From: Schmidtea polychroa
Lineage: Eukaryota
Length of the DNA stretch: 64,000 nucleotides
Assembly (NCBI GenBank): GCA_044892525.1
Contig: CM097885.1
Span: forward strand, 43,836,001-43,900,000
Direction: 5' to 3'
In this document: one piece after another, positions 53,772 to 64,000 of the stretch
Position numbering within the stretch: the first letter of the stretch is position 1
How the letters are laid out: each line of letters starts with the position of its first letter
Translations under genes and position numbers: made by a program
The notes under the pieces: generated by a model
Database searches by the model: none
What the model was told of the DNA's origin: nothing
What the model saw: the letters and a program-made list of their open reading frames with translations, nothing else

Positions 53772-56273
53772 CCCTAGACCAACATATGTGGTAGGTAACT
53801 GAAATTAGCAAAAAATTAATTATTATTACTTTTATATGTATATTAATAAATTTAATGTCTAAAATCGAAGAACATTGTTTGTCATTATAAATATTTTCAT
53901 GATAAAAAATTTTCACTTTATAAAAATGTATGAAAAATATTGTTTAATTCCAATTATGTTAGACAAATAATAATTTATAACTTTAAAATTATATTGTAAA
54001 TATATATAAAAGAAATTGTGGACTCTTGTCTTGGTCGCAATGCTAAGAAGAGACATAATTATGATAAATTAATTATTCAAGTTAAATCTTGTAATATTTA
54101 AAAACTGAGTTTATTGGTTTACTAATTATTGAAACAGAATACCTGCAAACACACATACATACAAACATTCGAAATCAACCATCAAACATCAAAAATAACC
54201 TCTGATCTTGAAACTACTATTTGGATATATTATTATGCATTACGGTTAGTTTATTTAATTGCATATTATTTATTTATCCTTCATGATATGTATAAAGTTT
54301 ATTTTTCAAAATTTACAAATTCCATTCAAACATATTTAATTTCAACATTTTTTTACATATTTAAAAAATTTTAAATCAAGTTTATTTATTTAAAATTTAT
54401 TTCAATTAAACATTAATTTAGTTTTCATCGGTGAAGTAAAACGTTATTTTGCTAATTGTAATTATTAAAAAATTATTTCATATTTAAATTGTTATTAGTT
54501 TTTTTAATTTCAAATTCATAAGTTCAAGAAATATTTATAATTTTTTTTAATAACATTTTCAATATATTTTGTATGAAAGGGTTAATATTGAAAATAAAAA
54601 AATCATATTCTGACGATTATGTGATCAACACTTTAATCTGAGAGAAAGTCATAAAGATTATTTTATAAAATTAAAAATAATATTTTTTATTAATAAAAAT
54701 ATTTATTTATAAAACACCATTTAGTTTGATGTCAAACATGTTTTTCACTAACAAAATTTCCCAAATCAAAAATTTGTTTTCTTAAAGGTTGGGTGTAGGA
54801 ATTCAACGAAATCATAAATACTTAATAAAACTACTAGATAGATTTAGAATTATTATGGTACTAAATATGGAATTAGTTCTTGTGTCAGTTTTGTTATATT
54901 CTGTATTTCTGTATTTATCCTATATACAAGTGTGAGGAAGCAAAAGTTTGTCAATATTCTCATTTTTTTCATAAATCATTTAAATACATTTTTACTTATC
55001 GATTCCGATTTTTGGGGTACCCGTGTTTATTCAGAGTCATAGAGCTTATATTTCTTGATTTAATACACAATTATTCTAACTTTGATGTTTGAATGGGTTC
55101 CATGGGAAATTTTAACATTTGTAAACTACATAAAAATAAACAATCCATTAAAATTCTTTGATGAATATTTTTAAGAATAAAGTGATCTATGTTCAAGAAA
55201 ATCGCATATTAATTAAATTTATAAATATGTTAAAATAATTCTGTTAATTCGATTAATTTTCGTGATTTTTTTGTGATTTCATAAATAATCCAATTCCAAA
55301 CCACTGACATTTGTATGATTCCAGATTATTAGAATATGGGACGCCTTACAATTTAATAAGCTTCATTTCAACTCAACAAGAATTTAATTATTATTGATTT
55401 CACAGAGAAACATTTCAAAAACTATTTTGTTTTAATTAGAATAAAAATATTAAAACTATTCCATTCACAGAAATATTATATTCTATTAGATATAAATAAA
55501 AAGAAAAAATCTGAAATTGTTCATGTTTAAACTTTTTGGTTAATTTGTTTTGTTTAAATTATTGGTTCAAAGTGTGGTAAAATCAACGAAAAAGGTCTGG
55601 TTAGTGTTAATAATTCTCATTTTAAAATTTGTTCCCTTCAGAATTTCATTTTTTTATTTTGATTTTGACTTAAAAACAAATTTTCCCCACTTTCTCATTC
55701 AAATGTTTGGGATATAAGAAATTGGATATTACAGGTACTTAGTTTAGAAGAAATTAAAGGAATTTTGCAAATATCTAACTAAATGATTTAGTTAATTTTC
55801 TTTTTTCTATTTTACGAAATTAAAACTTTTGTCGTGATCAATTGAAGATCTTGTTCAAAACATTGTTGAATTGTGTTGATAAATAAAACTTCATTTGTTA
55901 TGTATTTATATCATTAATTACAAAAACAAATTAATAATTGGTTTAAAATAGATTCTATTTTTCACATCTAATAGTCGACTGTTAATACCATTTCCAAATT
56001 CAATCAGCTATAAGCAGACAAATATAGGCCCTGGTCGATACATACTTCCAAACTTACAAGTCTCATGTAGTCATGGAATAAATGTAAAATATACAATATT
56101 CAATCCAAACCATAAAAATCTAAAATAAACATTTTGGAGTTGATTGCGTGTTGGTTCATTTTCTTTACATTCACAAAACACAGAACGTGAGAGAAATAAA
56201 CAAATTGTTTGCTTATAGAATATTCAATTTAGAAATGATGCATTATATCAATCAAGTAAATAACATCCACCAA

Positions 56274-57240
56274 AGTAGGTAACTTGTAACCCACGGCAGC
56301 ACGACCATTCGGTGTTGAGGGGTACCCCATCCCCCGAGGAATATGTTTTGCTGCCGTCTGTTTTTTTGCTCAACGGTTATGTAATTGCTACCATGGGCTA
56401 CGCTTATTTTTTCTGGGATTTTCAATACAAAATCCTACAGAAAAAGCCATGATTTTTCTGACTAAAGTGAGGGGTCTTGATTGAATCTGAGAATTTTAAT
56501 ACAAATATCAGTCTACACTAAAAAAGCATGAATTTTTCTAAGGTGGGTTTCCTTGGTCCTGAGATTTTCATTACAAAATGGGTGCTCAGTAGGTAGATAG
56601 TAGCCCGCGGGAACAATTGGGGGGGGGGGGGGTACCCCCCATTGTTCCCAAATTTTTATTACGCAATTGTTCCCAACTCATTTTTTTGCTTTCAGGGATT
56701 TTTGGTCCAAATTTTTTTTTATCACACTATAGTGAGGGGGTCTCGATGGTCCTGGGATTTTCAATACAAAAATTTTTTTTCAATACAAAAATCCGACTAC
56801 CACTAAAAAAGCATAGAATTTTCAGACTATAGTGCGGGGGTCTCGATGGTCCTGGGATTTTCAATACAAAAATCCGACTACCACTAAAAAAGCATGGATT
56901 TTTCTAGGTCAATTCAGGTGGGTCTCCTTGGTCCTGGGATTTTCAATACAAAAAGCTGGTCTACACTAAAAAAGCATGGTAATTTAAGGTCTCAGGATAT
57001 TTTCAATACAAAAATCCGACTATCAATAAAAAAGCATGGATTTTTCGAATTAAATTAAGGTGAGTCTCCTTGGTCCTGAGAAATAGGTGGTCTACACTAA
57101 AAAAACGTGGTAATTTAAGGTCTCAGGATATTTTCAATACAAAAATCCGACTATCAATAAAAAAGCATGGATTTTTCGAATTAAATTAAGGTGAGTCTCC
57201 TTGGTCCTGAGAAAAAGGTGGTCTACACTAAAAACGTGGT
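56274..57240 (+). repeat. two tandem Maverick-type termini (AGTAGGTA at 56274 and 56588) followed by subterminal tandem repeats
   Basis: Reverse complement of the 25497-25940 terminus (ggtcctgggattttcaatacaaaaa units). Confidence 0.7.
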
Positions 57241-57900
57241 AAATTTTTCAATTACAGTAAATTATGGCTCAAACTTTTGAATTACAGTAAATTATGGGTC
57301 TAAAAAATTAAATTACAGTAAATAATGGTTCAAATTTTTCAATTACAGTAAGTAATGGGTCTAAAAATTAAATTACAGTAAATTATAGTTCAAATTTTAA
57401 AATTACAGTAAATTATTGTTCTAAAAAATTAAATTACAGTAAATAATGGTCCAAATTTTAAAATTACAGTAAATTATGGTCCAAAAATTTAAATTAAAGT
57501 AAATTATGGTTCTAAAAATTGAATTAAAGTAAATAATGGTCCAAATTTTTAAATTAAAGTAAATTATGGTTCTAAAAATTGAATTAAAGTAAATAATGGT
57601 CCAAATTTTTAAATTAAAGTAAATTTAAGTTCTTAAAAATTAAATTACAGTAAATTATGGTCCAAATTTTTCAAATACAGTAAATTATGGGTCAAAAAAT
57701 TAAATTACAGTAAATAATGGTTCTAAAAATTAAATTAAAGTAAATTAAGGTTCTAAATTTTAAAATAAAGTAAATTAAGGTCCAAATTTTTAAATTAAGT
57801 AATCAATGGTAAAAAATTTTAAATAAGTAAATTAAAGTAATAATTTTTAAATTAAGTAATCAATGGTAAAAAATTTTAAATAAATAAATTAAAGTAAGAT
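57236..57900. repeat. ~30-bp minisatellite (aaattacagtaaattatggtccaaattttt)
   Basis: About 20 tandem diverged copies. Confidence 0.9.
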
Positions 57901-58144
57901 TTTAAAATTTATTAACAAAAAGTTGAAGGTGTTTGAGAATTGAAATTTTTTAATGAAAATTTTTATGGAATAATTTTTTAAGTTAATTTTTAATGGAAAT
58001 TTTTATGGAATAATTTTTTAAGTAATTTTTAATGGAAATTTTTATGAAATATTTTTCAATGATAATTTTAGATGGAAATTTTTAAGATAATTTTTAATGG
58101 AAATTTTTATGAAATATTTTTCAATGACAAATTTTAATAATAAT

Positions 58145-59345
58145 TCAACAACAAACCAACAACTTAGTACCAACAACCAGTAACTTACGAACATGTATTA
58201 ACAACCAGATACCTACAACTAGTTACTAACAACTAGTTACATGATACTAAGTAAATACAACCACCTAACAAGTACTAACAACCAAAAACAAGCAACCAAC
58301 CAGGTACCAGTTACCAACTACTAAGTACCTACAACCAACTAGTTACCTGATACCAAGTACTTACAACTAGTTACTAACAACCAGTTACCTGCTACCAAGT
58401 ACTTACAACTAGTTACTAACAACCAATTACCTGCTACCAAGTACTTACAACTAGATACCACGTACTAACTAACTCTCAACCCCCACCTACCCATTAACTA
58501 GCTACTAAGTACTAACAACCAGCTAACAACTAGATACCAAGTACTTACAACCAACATCAACCAGGTACTAAGCATTATCAACCAACTAAATACTAAGTAC
58601 TAACAGCCAACCAACTAGGTACTAGATACCAAGTACTTACAACCAACATCAACCAGGTACTAAGCATTATCAACCAACTACTAAGTACCTACAACCACCT
58701 ATCAAGTACTAACAATCAAAAGCAACAACTAGATGCTAACAACCAAAAACATGCAACCAACTAGCTACAACCAGCACTCAACTAGCTACCAACTACTAAG
58801 TACCTACAACCAACTAGCTACCACCTACCAAGTACTAACAACCAGTTACCAACTACTAAGCATTAATTACCTACAACTAGTTACTAACAACTAGATACCA
58901 AGTACATACAACCAACAACTAAGCATTATCAACCATGTACTAACAACCAAGTACTAACAACCTACAACAACTAGGTACTAAGCATTATCAACCAAGTACC
59001 TAAAACCACCTAACAAGTACTTACAACCAACATCAACCAGGTACTAAGCATTAATTACCAACTACTAAGTACCTACCAAGTACATACAACCAACATCAAC
59101 CAGATACCTACAACTAGATACTAACAACCAGTTACCAAGTACCTACAACCACCTACCCATTAACTAACTACAACCAGCTAACAGCAACCAACCAACTACC
59201 AAGTACTAACAACCAACAACCAGCTAACAACTAACTACCAGATACCAACTACTTACAACCAACAACTAAGTACTAACAACCAGCTAACAACTAGATACCT
59301 AGTACTAAGCACTGTCAACTAGATACCAAGCACTGACAACCAGAT
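58145..59345. repeat. A/C-rich cryptic tandem repeat (caagtactaacaac-like units)
   Basis: Strongly G-poor mosaic of short units; a reverse-complement tract lies at ~63625-63860. Confidence 0.85.
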
Positions 59346-62300
59346 GACCACATGAAATTATTGGTTAAATAAGTAAATTAATATTTAATTTTTAAATTAA
59401 CTAATCAAGGGTCTAAAATATTAAAGTTAAAGTCAATTTAAGATGAAATTTTTCTGGGATTTTCAATGTTAATTTTAGATGCAAATCTTCGTCTATTAAT
59501 CAATGACCACGTGAAATTATTAGTTAAATATGAAAATAAGGATTATATTTAGTTGTTAAATTAAGAAATAAAGGATAAATAGGTAAATGAAGGATAGAAA
59601 GGAAGGAAGCTTTAATTTAAAATTTAAACCATTGTTTTCTTTAATTTAAAATTTTGAACCTTAATTTACTTATTTAATATTACTCCTTTCAATAAAAATA
59701 AGATAAATATTCAAATAAATGACTTATAAAATACAATTAAAATTAAATTCTTTACACTAAATTTAAAAATATAAGTTTTATTAGAAAATGTGAATAAGAA
59801 ATTTAATTATTAACAGTTATAGACTTTTTAAACTTAATGATGGAATTAGGTAATAGAAAGTAAATATTTTTTTAAAAAAAAGACCTTTAATAGTGTAGCT
59901 ATTTATTATTAAATTTACTATTTTACACTAAATATTTCGATTTAGAAAACAATCATCATAATTTTAAATATGAAACTTCAATCAAAATAAGCTAATACTC
60001 GAATATATATCTTATAAAATACAATCAAAATTAAATACTTCACAAATTTTAAGTAAAGTTTTTTAAATTCTCAAATAAATGTTAACAAGATATTAATTTA
60101 ATAATCATTATATACTTTTTAAACTTATTATTGGAATAAAACAATAGAATGATATTGAAAATATATACAATTTAAAAATACAATAAAAATTAAATTATAT
60201 ACTTTAAAAATTTGGTAAAATGTTTATCAACAATTTAAAAATACAATTAAAATTAAATTACATACTTTAAAAATTTGGTAAAATGTTGGTAAAATCCCGT
60301 TCACAGCTTGTCATGCAATAAACTAGTCATGGCTTGTTATGTAATAAACTAGTTTAAATTACATATCCTCCTCACTTATGTTCTCACGATTCTCTATTTT
60401 CCACTAATTATTATCACTTATATCCCCCGATTCTCTATTTTCCATTAATTAATCACCTATAACCCCCACCCCGATATTTAATCAATTATATTCCGCCGAT
60501 TTTGATTTATTATTCACTTAAAACATTCCCACAAATGTTTGTTTTAAGATTTTTTTTTTATTAAAGTGTTAATTTTATGAAATAATTTTAAATAAATTCA
60601 ATTAATATATTTCCATTCTTATCAACCTTCATGTTATCTATGCCCATTCTCAGTATTTACCTCCATTAATGAATTATTCTACCAATTATTTTCGCCCATT
60701 TGAATTTATCATCGAGTAATGAATAATTTCCTCACTTTATTGAAGATTTTTACCACCTTCATTGTTAATTTTATCAAAGTTTAAAGAATATTTCTCTTTA
60801 CATTGCTTACCACTTTAGAATTTTTATCAAAATTTATGATAATTTGACTAATTCAATGAAGAATGAGTTAATTAATATATACTCTGAGTTTATCCGACAA
60901 AATATTCTGTCCCCCTATGGGTATTTCTCACATTCAACATGTCGCAAGGGTATTAGCCGTAAAGGTATTTAATGCTTTTATTTGAATGATTATTTAGGCA
61001 AATTTGTTGTTTAAGGTATTGATAATTTTTAGAGTTGATGGTTTTATTCAAGTAAATTTCTATCTTTTTTGTGAATTTCTATCATTTTTATGAATTTCTA
61101 TCATTTTTTGTAATTTTCTATCATTTTTATGAATTTACGTAATTTTTTGTGAATTTCTATCATTTTGTGTATTTTTATCAATTTTGTGAATTTCCATTAT
61201 TTTTGTGAATTTCTATTATTTTCATGAATTTCCGTAATTTTTTGTGAATATCTGTAATTTAATGCTAATTCTAAGGTAAATTTAATTAATTTCTTGATAA
61301 TTGAATGTATTTTTATTGATTGGTTTTTTAATTTTAAATAAAAATTTATTTTTAATGTTAATAATTAGAGATTTTACAATAATGAAGTGATAGGATAAAT
61401 TTTTATGAGGATATTGAATAATTTTCTAAGAATTTCATGTTGACTGATAAATTTAATTGATAAATTTAATTAATTTCTTGATAATTAGTCGTATTTTATT
61501 GAATAGTTTTAAAATAAAAATTAATTTCATTGACAATTAGGTTAATAATTAAGTGATAGAATAAATTTTTGATGATAACTTTGTAATATATTTGAATAAA
61601 TAATTTTTTCAATAATTTTCTAAGAATATTTACACGTTGATGATCTTTAAAAACATAAGCTAAGAAACCAGTTAACTTTATCAGGGACTTTAAATTTACG
61701 TGATAATTATTGTAGGATATAAAGAAATTTAGTTTGCTGTTATTGCTTGAAAATGATTGGTTGAATCGATGAAGAATTATGATCAATCAATATATATCAT
61801 CTCCAGTATTTGATGGTAAATATTTGTAGGAAATAATTAGTTTATTATGTGTGTTACATAAGTCGACTTTAGCGTCAAAATGTGTTTTTAAAATTAATTT
61901 TAATTTAAAAATACCGCAACGTAATATATTTTTCCCCCTGCCCTTCCATGATTTTGATTGGTTAGTGGGCTCATATTATTTAGCTTCTAAATTATTTCAA
62001 TGGAAGAATGCCGGGTGTCTTTAACAATTAAGTCATATTTTTGAAGTTCTTTAAAGATTTTAAGACTGAATTGAATTAAAGGAGGATTCAAGTGGGTAGA
62101 ATATAATTGGTTAGATGTTTAAAGAGGTAGAAATATTTAATGAAAGATCGATTAAGATGGGAAAATATGATCTTTTAAGGGAGATATAGTCGGTTAAGAT
62201 GGAAATAGATCATTGTAAGGGAGATATAGTCGATTGACTTTAATGAGAGATCGGTTAAGCTGGGATATTGTCGGTGAGATTTAATGAGAGATCGGATAAG

Positions 62301-64000
62301 GTAGGAATATATCATTGTAAGGGAGATATAGTCGATTGAATTTAATGAAGGATGGGTTAAGATGGGAATATATGATTTTTTTAAGGGTGATGTTGGTAAA
62401 ATATCAATGTTTTAAGGGAAATGTCAATTAGTCAGTTATGTATCAATAATAATTATATTGTTTTATTAGGTTGTGATTAATTCATTGTATATTAATTTAG
62501 ATTTATGTTTTAGAACAATGTTCTATTAAGTAGGGATAATGATCGATTTACTTGGTTTTGACGATGAAAACTTTACAGATAAATGGGATTGATATCAACT
62601 TTAAATTATTTTTATCTTTATTTAGACGGACAACGACAAAAGTTGACCATTTGAAGAAATATATTTTATTGAATGGATAAATTTAATCTTTCAATGGGAC
62701 CTAGTCAGTTATATTTATTTTAAATTTCGAGTACAGTGATTAACAAAAAATTTAATTATAACTGGTTTTATCAATAGTGAAACATGTATGATAATAGGAA
62801 TTAAAGTTAGAATTATAGTCATTTAAAGGGGAGTTTAAGCAATCTTATTAGTCTGAGGGGAATATATGATCTTTAACAAGTACTTATCATTAAAATATCA
62901 ATCTTAAAAGATAGAGTTATTTCAATGAAATTTGATGCTTTTTAGATGATTTTAGTGAAATATTTGTAATAATATGAATTAAGGGTAGAAATATAGTCAT
63001 TTAAGGGATTTAAGGAATCTTGTTAGTTTGAGGTGAATATATGATCTTTAACAAGTATTTATCATTACAATACCAATCTTTACATATTGATATATTTGGG
63101 AGGAAATGAGAAATTGGAGAATTCACTAGGATATACCAATTATTGTCATTTAAATAAATTTACTGGTTTATTAGATGTTATCATTAGTTATCAGTCTCTT
63201 TTGGAATTTTATGATAATTATTTTTATTGTAGATTGCTGACTTTGATAATTGTAATGAATTTATACTGATTTTTTTTGAATATATTGAGAAATCAGTCAA
63301 TCAATTTGAGTACATGTATTACTTTTAAAAAAATACTTAAAATTAATTTTATTTCAATTAATTTATTCAATCTAAATCAATTATCTACTAGATCTTATTA
63401 ATTTATTATCTTAGTTGATTCAACTTGAATGATCAATATTTTTTTTATTTACTGGATGATTAGAATTTTTTCTTGTCCATTAATTAAATTTTTATGATAT
63501 TTATTTTGAATAATTTAAATTTTTACAATAATTTAATCAATTTTTATCAAGTTATTGATGCCTTGAGTTCAATTAATTTTCCATCTAATTTTTTAAGTGA
63601 AGAGTATTTTCTTTTAAAGATCAATTTGTTAGTACATAGTTGTTTGTTGTTAGTACATCTTCGTAAGTTACTGGTTGATGATACTATGTTGTTGGTATCT
63701 TATATTTGGTAGTTGGTATAGTGTTGTTTACTGATTGATGTTATATAGTTGTAGGTTGATAATGCTTAGTATCTGGTTGATGGTGGTTGTTAGTACATGG
63801 TATCTAGTTGTTAGCTGATTGATAGTAACTACTTAATGGGTAGGTGGTGGTTGAGTGTTACCAATACCCTTACGACTAATACCCATACGACCAGTACCCT
63901 TACGACCTGTACCCTTAGGGGGTCAAAACATCCTGTCGGATAGACTAAGAGTATATATAATAAAACTGATCAACAATAAGTATTTATTGAATGTGATTTT

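Noticed and set aside
58145..59345. telomeric repeat or mucin-like coding sequence
   Set aside because: There is no fixed TTAGGG/TTAGG unit, and frequent stops leave no long ORF.

Overview
This is a very AT-rich, repeat-dense eukaryotic window with ~45-bp introns and (TTA)n microsatellites, compatible with a planarian-type invertebrate (inference). I could not recognise an intact host gene. The centrepiece is a full-length 15.1-kb Maverick/Polinton (adintovirus-like endogenous virus) at 36580-51695, with ~550-620-bp TIRs (AGTAG...CTACT) and a perfect 6-bp TSD (AACCTG). It carries the core set: spliced pPolB, adenain protease, major and minor capsid proteins, integrase, packaging ATPase and two core-like proteins, several of them disabled. 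It also has an accessory arm encoding an intact TATA-binding-protein-like ORF, an intron-containing tail-anchored Bcl-2-family gene that the ORF track captures only in part, and other small spliced genes. A second, diverged Bcl-2-like gene with the same intron lies in a 4.3-kb Maverick-type TIR-bounded relic (28389-32710) that also holds a decayed intron-bearing DDX39/UAP56 copy. The rest of the window holds further Maverick relics (pPolB plus terminus, and satellite-filled termini), a Gypsy element with a tRNA-Arg gene inserted in pol, a complete pogo element, mariner and hAT relics, and hAT and piggyBac MITEs.
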